Source of the DNA: Planctomycetota bacterium
GTDB taxonomy: Bacteria; Planctomycetota; B15-G4
Direction: 5' to 3'
DNA: 64,000 nucleotides
Assembly: GCA_038212275.1 (NCBI GenBank)
Contig: JBBQUR010000018.1
Coordinates: 1-64,000 of the forward strand
The position numbers were made by a program, and so were the translations under genes. This document shows, one piece after another, positions 1-8,720 of this stretch. Under the pieces are notes generated by a model. It saw only the letters and a program-made list of their open reading frames with translations, was not told where the DNA came from and made no database searches. The first letter of the stretch is position 1, and every line of letters begins with the position of its first letter.

Positions 1-69
1 CCCATGGGCACTCCTTCTCGGAGCATCTTCGGCTCCTATCGGGGTGTCCACCAAACCGGGGCAAGATCA
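1..69 (-). mobile_element. End of an IS3-family insertion sequence (terminal inverted repeat 44-69 plus probable orfA start at 5); element continues beyond the left window edge
   Basis: Minus strand from 69 reads TGATCTTGCCCCGGTTTGGTGGACAC, resembling IS3-type termini (5'-TG, TGATCTT..CC...GTGGACAC). It is followed by AGGAG (11-15) and ATG at 5-3. No transposase sequence is visible in the window. Confidence 0.65.
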
Positions 70-205
70 GTCCGGCGCTGCGCCCCTGGGGCAACAGGAC
101 GCGTCATGGTTCCGGGAGCGGCGCCCTTCGCGCCGGACAAACCTCCCGTCCCGCGCACGCCGACGCACGTTTTTCCGTGCCGGGCGAGCGGTCAGCACTC
201 CCGGT
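70..205. repeat. Left copy (truncated) of a REP/REPIN-like palindromic repeat
   Basis: 70-158 is nearly identical to the reverse complement of 541-630; weaker similarity continues to ~205. Internal arms GTCCGGCGC...GCGCCGGAC. Confidence 0.85.
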
Positions 206-336
206 GCTTGCGCTTCTCGACGCCGCTCCGCGCTCGCTGGGGGTGAACGTCCGGGCTGCGAGCGCGCTCGAAGCTTCTGCGGACGATGCGGTTGCCGGGA
301 CGAATGACGACAGCGTTTTTCGGGTGCGTGGGCTGA

Positions 337-402
337 CCATGCCTTGGTGTGGATGCCGCCATACCTTGGTGCGGATGCCGCCGTGCCTTGCTGCGGATCA
401 GG
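337..402. repeat. 3 x 22-bp imperfect tandem repeat
   Basis: CCATGCCTTGGTGTGGATGCCG / CCATACCTTGGTGCGGATGCCG / CCGTGCCTTGCTGCGGATCAGG, with no spacers. Confidence 0.85.
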
Positions 403-488
403 CGATGCTCAAGCGAGCGGCGAGTTCACCAGCAGCTCGATGCGGAGGATGCGTTCCACGCCGAGAACGCGCGTGAAGCGCCGTGGAG

Positions 489-710
489 CGCAGGCCGGCA
501 GCTGCCCCGCTTCGCATGGCACGGAACCGCGCGCATCGGAGTGCGCCGGGTCGGGAGGTTTGTCCGGCGCGAAGGGCGCCGCTCCCGGAATTGCTCCGTG
601 TCCTGTTGCCCCAAGGGCGCAGCGCCGGACAACCCTCCCGACCCGGCGCACTCACACCGCCACGCGACTCCCGCCCTCCTCGACCCCAACGGGCAGCTCC
701 CGGCCCAGCG
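489..710. repeat. Right copy of the REP/REPIN-like palindromic repeat (large imperfect hairpin)
   Basis: Core arms GAGTGCGCCGGGTCGGGAGGTTTGTCCGGCGC (539-570) and GCGCCGGACAACCCTCCCGACCCGGCGCACTC (622-653) are near-perfect complements. Outer arms 489-512 and 688-710 are also complementary. Confidence 0.85.
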
Positions 711-732
711 GAGCAGCGCCCCCACACGCACC

Positions 733-3700
733 TCAAGTCCCCGCGAGATACTCGATCAGATCCCGCATCTGCTCGCGCGTGATCGTCGCCGCCAACCCTT
801 CGGGCATCGCCGAAAGTCCCGGCTTGCGCAGCTCGACGTCGGCCTCCGGCACCCAGCGCTGCGTGGCGTCGTGGAGCTGCACGCTGAGCTGGCCGTCCTG
901 CGCGGAGGTCACGCGGCCGGCCAGCGTCTCTCCGTTGCGCAGGAAGATCAGCTCGGCGTCGAAGCCCGGCGCGATGCGGCGGTCGGGCTGCACGATGGAT
1001 TCGAGCAGCTGCTCCCGCGCGAGGCGCTTGCCGATGCCCTGCAGGTTGGGGCCCACGGCCTGCCGGCCCCACTCGTCGGTGGCGTGGCATTTCTGGCACG
1101 AGAGCGACGCGCTCTCGAAGACGCGCCGGCCTGCGTCGCGATCGCCGCCGAAGAGGCCGTCGAGGAAGGGCGCGAGTTCCGGGTCCACCGCGCGCGGTGC
1201 GGCGAGCTTCGCGAGTCGTGCATCGAGCACAGGGTCGTGGCGCGCTTCGGCCGCAAGCACGAGGTCGAGCTGCAGCTCGACCGGATGCAATCCGGCCAGT
1301 GCGCGATCGAGCTGCTCCGCAAGCAGCGCGTTGGGATCGATGACCGCGGCCGGGCCCGTGTCGCTGGCGGCAGCGCTGGTCGCGGCGATTGAGGTCGGGT
1401 TGTCGCCGGTCCCAGGGCGTCCTGCGCCGGCGGCGCCTGCCTGCGGCGACGTGCGGCCGAGGATCTGCAGCGCGGTGCGACGCTCCTGCCGCTCGCCCGT
1501 GGCCAGCAGCGCCGGGAGACGTGGCAGCGCCTGATCCGGAGCGAGCGCCTCAAGCGCGACGAGGGCCTCGGCACGCAACACGGAGTCGTGCGCCGACAGC
1601 GTGCGGTCCACGATGGCCGGCAGGTCGGGGGCGTTCATGGCCGCCAGAGCGTGCAGCGCTTCCACGCGCAGGTCGATGTCACGCGTCTCGTCGTCGAGCA
1701 GAGCCGCCAGCGGCTCGGCGAGATCCGGCGCGGCTCCCATGGCGCCGGCCGTGGCGCAGAGCGCGATCCAGCCGCTGGTGAGGGCCAGCGGCGCCTCCGC
1801 GGCGCCGAGGCCCGCGTCGTGCAGCTGCCGCGCGATGTCCGCGAGCGGCGCCGGCGCGCGGTCCGTGACGGCCTGGTGAAAGCCGTGGATGCGGTCGCGA
1901 CTCTCCGTCTGCGGCCAGCCGGCCAGGATCTCGAGCGCGAAGGCGCGATGCGCGTCGCGCTGGTCGTCGCGCGCCGCGAAACGCGCCAGCTCGCGCGCCT
2001 GCTCCGGGCCGCCGAGCCGCGCGTTGGCATTGAGCGCGCGGCGCACGAGCACGTCCACGTCGTCGTGGCCGGCGGGGCCGCCGTCGCGCGCGGCGGGCAG
2101 GCCCGCGTCGTCGCCGGCGGCCGGCAGCGAGTGGATGAGGCCGGCGAGGGCGGGCAGCGCGTCGGGCACCGGCAGGTCGTGGATCGCGCGCGCCGCTTCC
2201 GCGGCCACCCTCGCGTCGTCCGAGACGAGGAAGGTCGCCAGCAGCTTCGAATGCTGCTGCCTCAGCGCCAGCACGCGCAGCAATTGCAGCGGCCGTGCCT
2301 CCCCGGGGACTTGCAGCGCGAGATCGCTCGGCAACTCAAGGCTGGCCAGAGCCATCGCGAGTGCATGGCGGAGCAGCGGGTCGGTCGGGTCCGCTCGGCG
2401 CGCGGCCTCCCACACATCGGCAGCGAGGTGGCGGTGCGGCGAGGACGTCCAGCGGCTCTCCGGATCGGTGCTGCTCTCAGCGAACGGATCGGACCTCCCG
2501 ACGCGGCCGGCGGCGAGCGCCGCACGCGCGACGACTCGCGGTTCGGCGTCGGCGAGGCCGCGGGCGAGCGCATCATCGATCCAGCTCGGCCACGGAGGCG
2601 GCACACGCGAGTCCGTGAGCGCCGTTGGAAGGGGAGCTTCCAGCACCGTGAAGAATTGCGCGCGCACTTCGCTGTCAGCATCCTGGTCGAGGCCGGCGAG
2701 GCGCTGGACGATGGCGTTGGCGAGGCGCGGGTCGCGCTCCGGGGAATCGCCATGGAGGGCGAGGCGGAGTGCGTTGCGCTGAGACTCCCTGGCCTCGCGG
2801 CGCGCTGCGATGCCGAGGCCCCACACGCCGTGCAGGCGCGCCAGGCCTTTGCCGCGGCGCGCGGCGCGTTCCAGCGCGTCGAGGCCGGGCACGCCGCGCG
2901 TCACGAGTTCGAATTGTGCGGCCTGTCGCACGCGCTGATCGGCGTGGCCGAGAAGCGCTTCCAGCTCACCGACCTCACGCCCGCCCGGGCCGGCGGCAAG
3001 CAGTGCGGCCGTCTGCAGGCGCAGCGGATCGTCGCGCAGCGCGTCGTCGACCAGGCGCCAGACGCGGCCCTTGCTCGCGCCGCTCCAGCCCTCGACCCAG
3101 TCGCTCACGGAGAGCGCACCGTCGGGGCCGAAGTCCGCGTCGGTGGCGAGCACGCCGGCCAGCACGTCGCGCACCTCGCCCAGCTTGTAGAAGGCGCCGT
3201 CGGCGAGAACCGGAAAGCCCAGGATGCGCGAGCTGTCCGCACCGCCGGTGAAGTCGCAGAGCAGGAAGTGGTCGCGGAAGGCGGAGAGTGCCGTGCCGGG
3301 CTCGTGCGTGAGGCCGCTCGGGCCCGACGCGATGTTCGCGATCGGCGGGATGATCCATGCGGCCTGGCCGTCGAAGCGCGGCGCCCACAGCTTCTCGCGC
3401 CCCCACGGGCCGCGGTCCGAGAGCCACTGGCCCGGCTGGCGCCAGCCCGAGTCGCCGCCCTCCACGATGGGCACGAAGCGCGCGAGGTCGCCTGCGTCGC
3501 AGTTGTTGTCACCGGTGAAGAGGTCGCCCCGGTCGTCGAAGGCCAGCTCCTGCGGGTTGCGCAGGCCCAGGTGCACCACCGTGAGGTCCGAGCCATCGAG
3601 TTCGCAGCGCAGCACGGCGCCCGTGTTCGGGTGATGCAGCAGGCGCCCGTCGGCGGTCGTGACGTGGAAGCCGCGGTCGCCGATGCTCCAGTAGAGCCGG

Positions 3701-4578
3701 CCGTCGGGGCCGATGCGCAGGCCGTGCATGTCGTGCCCCATGAAGGCGACGCGCACGCCCCAGCCGTTGGACATCGATTCGCGCGACTCCGCGCGGCCGT
3801 CGCCGTCGGCGTCCGTGAGGCGCCAGAGATCGGGGATGTTGGTGTAGAAGACCTCGGTCGCGCCGTCCGCGGTGCGGTGCGCGAGCAACCCGGAGCCGAT
3901 GCCGTCCTCGGCGTGCGAGAAGCCGTCGGCGAACACGGTGGCGACGTCCGCGCGACCGTCGCCATCCGTGTCGGTCAGCCGGCGCACGCGGTCGTGTTCG
4001 CGCGCGTAGCTCGGGAGGTCGGGCCCGAGCCATTTCGCGTACATCGCGAGGCGGTCGGCGACGGTCTCGGAGGCCAGGTCGTCGTCGAGCCAGTCCATGT
4101 GCTCGCGGATGTCGGTGACTCCGGCGTGCACGCGGAAGGATTCGGCCACGTAGACCGCGCCGTCATCGCCGAGCGCAAGGCAGACGGGATTCGCGAGCAG
4201 CGGTTCGGCGGCCCACAGCGAGATCGAAAGGCCGTCCGCCGCGCGAAGCTGCGCGAGATGCGCCGCCGCCTCGTCGCTCGCCGGAAAGATGTACGGCACA
4301 TACTCCGCCGCCTCCTGAGCGGCGGGAGCAGCTTCCGCGTGCTGCGCGCCTGGTGCAGCGACCACGCGCGGCGCGGCGGGCGCAAGGGCGACGTGCTGCG
4401 CGACGGGCGCAGGTTCCGCGTGCTGCGCGACAGACGCAGGGGCGACGCGCGCTGCGGCGGCTGCGGCCGTGTCGTCCTGCCGGGCGATGACATGAACCGG
4501 GCTGCAGGCGAGCCACAGCGCGACGAGGGCGATGCGGGCCATGCAGGCGACGCCGAACGCACGACCAGCGCCCGTCAC
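733..4578 (-). CDS. PVC-type membrane-bound dehydrogenase-like protein (sugar-dehydrogenase-like beta-propeller, HEAT-like helical repeats, C-terminal cytochrome c)
   Basis: Signal-like N-terminus; WAAEPLLANPV, DTDGDGRAD, GLRNPQELAFD motifs; C-terminal CQKCH, GPNL, ESIVQP, SAMPEG. GTG start overlaps the upstream stop (GTGA); alternative ATG at 4542. Confidence 0.85.
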   Translation of the reverse strand: MTGAGRAFGVACMARIALVALWLACSPVHVIARQDDTAAAAAARVAPASVAQHAEPAPVAQHVALAPAAPRVVAAPGAQHAEAAPAAQEAAEYVPYIFPASDEAAAHLAQLRAADGLSISLWAAEPLLANPVCLALGDDGAVYVAESFRVHAGVTDIREHMDWLDDDLASETVADRLAMYAKWLGPDLPSYAREHDRVRRLTDTDGDGRADVATVFADGFSHAEDGIGSGLLAHRTADGATEVFYTNIPDLWRLTDADGDGRAESRESMSNGWGVRVAFMGHDMHGLRIGPDGRLYWSIGDRGFHVTTADGRLLHHPNTGAVLRCELDGSDLTVVHLGLRNPQELAFDDRGDLFTGDNNCDAGDLARFVPIVEGGDSGWRQPGQWLSDRGPWGREKLWAPRFDGQAAWIIPPIANIASGPSGLTHEPGTALSAFRDHFLLCDFTGGADSSRILGFPVLADGAFYKLGEVRDVLAGVLATDADFGPDGALSVSDWVEGWSGASKGRVWRLVDDALRDDPLRLQTAALLAAGPGGREVGELEALLGHADQRVRQAAQFELVTRGVPGLDALERAARRGKGLARLHGVWGLGIAARREARESQRNALRLALHGDSPERDPRLANAIVQRLAGLDQDADSEVRAQFFTVLEAPLPTALTDSRVPPPWPSWIDDALARGLADAEPRVVARAALAAGRVGRSDPFAESSTDPESRWTSSPHRHLAADVWEAARRADPTDPLLRHALAMALASLELPSDLALQVPGEARPLQLLRVLALRQQHSKLLATFLVSDDARVAAEAARAIHDLPVPDALPALAGLIHSLPAAGDDAGLPAARDGGPAGHDDVDVLVRRALNANARLGGPEQARELARFAARDDQRDAHRAFALEILAGWPQTESRDRIHGFHQAVTDRAPAPLADIARQLHDAGLGAAEAPLALTSGWIALCATAGAMGAAPDLAEPLAALLDDETRDIDLRVEALHALAAMNAPDLPAIVDRTLSAHDSVLRAEALVALEALAPDQALPRLPALLATGERQERRTALQILGRTSPQAGAAGAGRPGTGDNPTSIAATSAAASDTGPAAVIDPNALLAEQLDRALAGLHPVELQLDLVLAAEARHDPVLDARLAKLAAPRAVDPELAPFLDGLFGGDRDAGRRVFESASLSCQKCHATDEWGRQAVGPNLQGIGKRLAREQLLESIVQPDRRIAPGFDAELIFLRNGETLAGRVTSAQDGQLSVQLHDATQRWVPEADVELRKPGLSAMPEGLAATITREQMRDLIEYLAGT

Positions 4579-5582
4579 GCGAGTTCGACCTGCAGGCGCT
4601 TGAGCAGCGCGAGCGTGGCCGCGATACCGTCGCGCTCGCCGAGCTGCTCGCCCTCGTACTCGATGCCGAGGTGGCCGTGATAGCCGCCGGCGAGCACGAG
4701 CTTCAGCATGCGCGCATAGTCGATCGTGGTCTCGTTGCCCGCGGCGTCGAAGCCGTAGGACTTGGCGCTCACCGCCTTCGCGAAGGGCAGCATCTGCTCG
4801 ACGCCGGTGTAGCGATCGTACTCGTGCTGCTCGTCGATGTGGAAGTTGCCGAAGTCCGGCAGCGTGCCCACGCGCGGATCGTTCGCGCGGCGCATGACGC
4901 CGGCCAGCCACTCGCCGTTGCTCGAGAGCCCGCCGTGATTCTCGACGATGACATTCAGGCCGCCGCCCAGATCGGCAAGACGATGCAGGCTGTCGGCGGC
5001 CTGCGCGGCGTGCTCCTCCGGCGTGCCGCTGCCGTAGGCGTTCACGCGGATCGAATGGCAGCCGAGCACGTGCGCCGCGTGCAACCACTTGACGTGATTC
5101 TCGATGGCGGCGGCGCGCGCCGCGGCGTCGGCGTCGCCCAGTGCACCCTCGCCGTCCACCATGATGAGCAGACTGGCCACGCCGAGGTCGTCGGCGCGGC
5201 GGCGCAGCGAGGCGAGGCGCCGCTCGTCGTGCACGTGATCCTTGAGGAAGACGCTCACGTGCTCGATCGCGTCGATGCCGAAGTCGTGCTTCGCGACGCG
5301 CGGGAAGTCGTCCGCACTCAGCGTGCCGGCGAACAGCGCCTTGTGCAGCGACCACTCCGCAAGCGAGATCGTGAAGGGCGGCTCGGCGGAAGCGCCCGAC
5401 GCGTGCTGCCCGCCGGGCGTGAAGCCAGGCGCGAGCGCTCGACCCGTCGCCACGCGGCCCAGCGCGAGGAATGCCCCTGCAGCCGCCGCCGCCGTGAGGA
5501 AGCCGCGGCGCGAGGTGGCCTTGGGCGGCATCGGCTGCCAGGGGCCGGACGCATCGTGCGAGCTCGGCGACTCATCGCGCAT
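4575..5582 (-). CDS. Tat-exported sugar phosphate isomerase/epimerase (xylose-isomerase-like TIM barrel)
   Basis: SRRGFL twin-arginine signal; ISLAEWSLH, VENHGG, LPDFGNF, GIEYEG motifs. Alternative GTG start at 5591. Confidence 0.85.
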   Translation of the reverse strand: MRDESPSSHDASGPWQPMPPKATSRRGFLTAAAAAGAFLALGRVATGRALAPGFTPGGQHASGASAEPPFTISLAEWSLHKALFAGTLSADDFPRVAKHDFGIDAIEHVSVFLKDHVHDERRLASLRRRADDLGVASLLIMVDGEGALGDADAAARAAAIENHVKWLHAAHVLGCHSIRVNAYGSGTPEEHAAQAADSLHRLADLGGGLNVIVENHGGLSSNGEWLAGVMRRANDPRVGTLPDFGNFHIDEQHEYDRYTGVEQMLPFAKAVSAKSYGFDAAGNETTIDYARMLKLVLAGGYHGHLGIEYEGEQLGERDGIAATLALLKRLQVELA

Positions 5583-5587
5583 GGTGT

Positions 5588-6835
5588 TCACAGCTCCCGG
5601 ATGTAGAGATTGCCGAAGACGACAGGCTGGCCGAAGTCGAGCAGGACGAGCGGGCCGCTTGCCGGCAGGTCCTTCTGCAGCGCATCGCGCATGAGCTCGC
5701 GGCCGTTCAGCTCGAGCGTCATGAGCTGTCCGCGCAGCTGCAGGCGCACGCGCTGCCACGCGTCCGATGCCACCGGAGCCGGCAGCACGGGCGACACCAC
5801 GCCGCGCAGCGCGATCGGCACGCGAGCGTCCGGCACCGTGCCCGGCCAGCGCCAGTCGGCGATGAGTTCAAAGTCGCCCCAGCTCGCATCGCCGAACAGC
5901 GACTCGCCCATGCCATCGGATGCCAGCGTCCAGTCCTGCGCGCTCCAGTGTGCGGCTGTGCCGCTGGTGTCGCGCCAGCCGGCCAGATCGGTGCCGTTGG
6001 AGAGCGGCACGAAGGGCAGCGCCTGCTCCGCAACGAGATCGGGCGCCAGCGTCGTGTCCGATGGCGGCAGCTCCGCGAGGCGCACGTTGCGGAAGTGCAC
6101 CTCCGAACCCTCGGACTCCAGGCAGATGTAGCCCTTGCGGGGTGCGCAATCGTGTCCGCCGGAGACGACGACGCCATTGATCTCGAGCGTCAGCGCACCG
6201 TCGCGCGCGACGACGCGGTAGTGATTCCACTCGGGCGAGGGCTTCGTGACGCGCACGCTGGGCAGGCAGCGCTCCCAGCCCGCCGGGTGCGGGCGATCCG
6301 GCGTCATGTGCGCGCCCTGGATCGAGAAGACGTCGCCCTGACTGGTGTAGTTCTCGGTCTCGACGCCGTCCATGATCTGCAGCTCGATGGCGCGCGTGAA
6401 GGGTTGCCCGCACACCGGCAACGGGTCGGACCAGATGAAGAGGCCGGCGTTGCCGCCGGGCATGAGGTGGCGCCAGTCCAGCTCGAGCACGAAGTTCTCG
6501 AACTGCCGCGGGCTGCGCAGCACGCCGGTGGGATGACCGCTGCACACGATGAGGTCGTCCTGCACGCGCCACGTGTCCGGCCCGCCGTTCACCACCACCC
6601 AGCCGGAAAGGTCGCGACCGTTGAAGAGCGGCGCGGGCCGCACGGCCGCGACGTCCACGGCAGTCGGCGCGGAACAGCCGGCCGCGCCCAGCAGGCCAAG
6701 CGACATCATGGCGACGTACACGACACGCCACGTCCCGCGACGCAGCGAGGCGCCGCGAGGCGACTCGCTCCGACCGGTCGCGTCGAGCGGACGGCGAAGG
6801 GCCGAACGACGAAGGCCCGGCCGGAGGGGACTCAC
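5588..6835 (-). CDS. DUF1080 (3-keto-disaccharide hydrolase family) lipoprotein with tandem domains
   Basis: PLFNGRDLSGW, NFVLELDWR, NAGLFI, EWNHYRV, GYICLESEG, FRNVRL; second degenerate copy (PLSNGTDLAGW); lipobox-like AAGC. Start GTG 6835 (GTGA overlap) or ATG 6709. Confidence 0.85.
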   Translation of the reverse strand: MSPLRPGLRRSALRRPLDATGRSESPRGASLRRGTWRVVYVAMMSLGLLGAAGCSAPTAVDVAAVRPAPLFNGRDLSGWVVVNGGPDTWRVQDDLIVCSGHPTGVLRSPRQFENFVLELDWRHLMPGGNAGLFIWSDPLPVCGQPFTRAIELQIMDGVETENYTSQGDVFSIQGAHMTPDRPHPAGWERCLPSVRVTKPSPEWNHYRVVARDGALTLEINGVVVSGGHDCAPRKGYICLESEGSEVHFRNVRLAELPPSDTTLAPDLVAEQALPFVPLSNGTDLAGWRDTSGTAAHWSAQDWTLASDGMGESLFGDASWGDFELIADWRWPGTVPDARVPIALRGVVSPVLPAPVASDAWQRVRLQLRGQLMTLELNGRELMRDALQKDLPASGPLVLLDFGQPVVFGNLYIREL

Positions 6836-7488
6836 GTCTGCTGCCTGCGCGCTTCCCTGCGCGCCTTGATCAGCTCGTACACGATCGGAAGCACCGAGAG
6901 CACGATGATCGCGAGGATCACCAGCGTGAAGTTTTCCTTCACCGGCTGAAGATTGCCGAAGAAGTAGCCCGCCAGCAGGAAGAGGCCGCACCAGGCGACA
7001 GCGCCCACGATGTTGTAGAGGATGAAGGTCCCGTACTTCATCGAGCCGACGCCCGCGACGAATGGCGCAAAGGTGCGCACGATGGGCACGAAGCGCGCGA
7101 GCACGATCGTCTTGGCGCCGTACTTCTCGTAGAAGGCGTGCGTGCGTGCCAGGTGCGCGGGCTTGATGAAGCGCAGGCCGCCCTTCGCCACGCGGTCGGC
7201 CAGCAGCTTGCCGATCGCGTAGTTGACGGTGTCGCCGATGATCGCGGCCGCCGCGAGCAGCACGAAGAGCCAGCCGATGTGCAGCGCGTTGTCGGGAACC
7301 GCGGCGAAGGCGCCCGCCGCGAAGAGCAGCGAGTCACCCGGCAGGAAGGGCAGGATGACGAGGCCCGTCTCGCAGAAGACGATCGCGAACAGGATCAGGT
7401 GCGTCCACGTGCCGTAGTTCTGGATGACCTCGTTGAGGTGCTTGTCCAGATGCAGCAGGACGTCGACGGCTTCCTTCAGGAATTCCAT
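6832..7488 (-). CDS. dedA: DedA family membrane protein
   Basis: FCETGLVILPFLPGDSLLFAAG and ARFVPIVRTFAPFVAG motifs; GGAG upstream of ATG. Confidence 0.95.
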   Translation of the reverse strand: MEFLKEAVDVLLHLDKHLNEVIQNYGTWTHLILFAIVFCETGLVILPFLPGDSLLFAAGAFAAVPDNALHIGWLFVLLAAAAIIGDTVNYAIGKLLADRVAKGGLRFIKPAHLARTHAFYEKYGAKTIVLARFVPIVRTFAPFVAGVGSMKYGTFILYNIVGAVAWCGLFLLAGYFFGNLQPVKENFTLVILAIIVLSVLPIVYELIKARREARRQQT

Positions 7489-7676
7489 GCGCACTCCGGG
7501 GCCCGTGACTGGCTGCATGCGATGCACGCCGGACGCCTGCGGCCGGCAGCGGTCCCGCGACGTCGTCGGCAACTGCAGAGGGGCCGCATGGTAGCCGCCG
7601 CTCCGCACCGCGATCCATCACGCGCGCCCGCCGGCGCATCGCGCGGGACGCACGTGGATCTCCTGCGCAGGGCTTC

Positions 7677-7741
7677 GGATTCAGCGGGCAGACTGCGCCA
7701 GCCGAGTCAGCGGGCGGACTCAGCGGGCGGCCGCAGCGAGG
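7677..7741. repeat. 5 x 13-bp degenerate tandem repeat downstream of the nrdJ pair
   Basis: GGATTCAGCGGGC AGACTGCGCCAGC CGAGTCAGCGGGC GGACTCAGCGGGC GGCCGCAGCGAGG. Confidence 0.6.
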
Positions 7742-7760
7742 CGACTCGCCCCGCCCTCGT

Positions 7761-8720
7761 TCAGCCGCACTCCGTGAAACCGCAGGAATGGCACTTCACG
7801 CAGCCCTCTTCGTACGAGAGCTGGCTGCCGCAGTCCTGGCAGGCGCCCTGCACGCCCTCCTCGTCGAGGCCGCGGCGTGCGTGACCGTTGGGCGCGGACA
7901 TGAGGTCCGCGACCCGCCGGCGGTCCTGGTCGTATCCGACGCCGTCCGCCGATTCGCCCGTCGCCTCGGGAAGCCCCGAGGTGCGCGGCGCGGTGCCGGC
8001 GAAGGCCACGCCGGTGCGGCCGCGCGCCTTCTGCGCGCTGCAGTACTTCTCGAGCGCCTTGCCGATCGCGTCAGAGCACGAGGAGATCTTGCCGTCCTCG
8101 CCCCAGGCGGGCCGATGGCACGAGATGCCCTTGAGCTGCTTGATGAGCGGCTCCATCGACGCACCGCAGCGCAGCGCGTAGCTGATGAGGCGGCCGATGG
8201 CCTCGTTCTGCGACGCCGCGCAACCGCCGGCCTTGCCCATGTGGTTGAACAGCTCGAAGGGCTGACCGTCCTTGTCCTCGTTGATCGTGACGTAGAGGTT
8301 GCCGCAGCCGGTGTTCATGCGCACGGTGTGGCCCGTCGTCACCGTGGGACGCGAACGCGGCACGAGCGTGCCCTCGTCCACGAAGCGCGCGTCGACCGGC
8401 GCGGCCGGCATCGCGCCGAGCCGCGAGAGCAGCGCCGGCTTGCGCAGTCGCGGCCCGACCTCCTTGGCGTAGAAACGCTCGAGGCCGGCGTCCAGTTCGA
8501 TGCCGACGCCGCCCGCCTCGTCGATCAGGAATCGCCGCGCGGACTCGTGCATCTCGCACGCGTCGCGCAGCGACACCAGCGCAGCCGCCTCGCCGTTCTC
8601 GGCGGCGGCCCAATCGACCGCGCGCCACGCCTTGACCACCGCGACCGCGCGATCCTTGGCGTCGGCCTCGACACTGTCCGAGGTCACCTCCGGCACCACG
8701 CGATCCTGTCCCTTGGTCAC
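7761..8720 (-). CDS. Class II ribonucleotide reductase C-terminal subunit (TSCPD domain plus Zn ribbon and terminal Cys; NrdJb-like)
   Basis: TGCGNLYVTINED, GKAGGC, LKGISC, SSCSDAIG, CQDCG..EEGCVKCHSCGFTECG. GTG start overlaps the nrdJ stop; GGAGG lies 10 nt upstream. Confidence 0.85.
   Translation of the reverse strand: MTKGQDRVVPEVTSDSVEADAKDRAVAVVKAWRAVDWAAAENGEAAALVSLRDACEMHESARRFLIDEAGGVGIELDAGLERFYAKEVGPRLRKPALLSRLGAMPAAPVDARFVDEGTLVPRSRPTVTTGHTVRMNTGCGNLYVTINEDKDGQPFELFNHMGKAGGCAASQNEAIGRLISYALRCGASMEPLIKQLKGISCHRPAWGEDGKISSCSDAIGKALEKYCSAQKARGRTGVAFAGTAPRTSGLPEATGESADGVGYDQDRRRVADLMSAPNGHARRGLDEEGVQGACQDCGSQLSYEEGCVKCHSCGFTECG

Noticed and set aside
337..402. Possible mini-CRISPR (also the arrays at 7677, 24232 and 46802)
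   Set aside because: Repeats are directly adjacent without unique spacers, and there are no cas genes in the window.
4..651. ORFs 4..246(+) and 409..651(-) share PGAAPFAPDKPP
   Set aside because: The similarity is just translation of the DNA inverted repeat; no RBS or protein-like composition.
4579..5355. N-terminal extension of the heme protein to 5355 in the ORF track (similar over-extensions for murC, murF, ftsI, rsmH, dnaE, rplC)
   Set aside because: Overlaps the neighbouring gene in another frame and is Arg-rich junk; starts were reassigned to coupled or RBS-supported codons.
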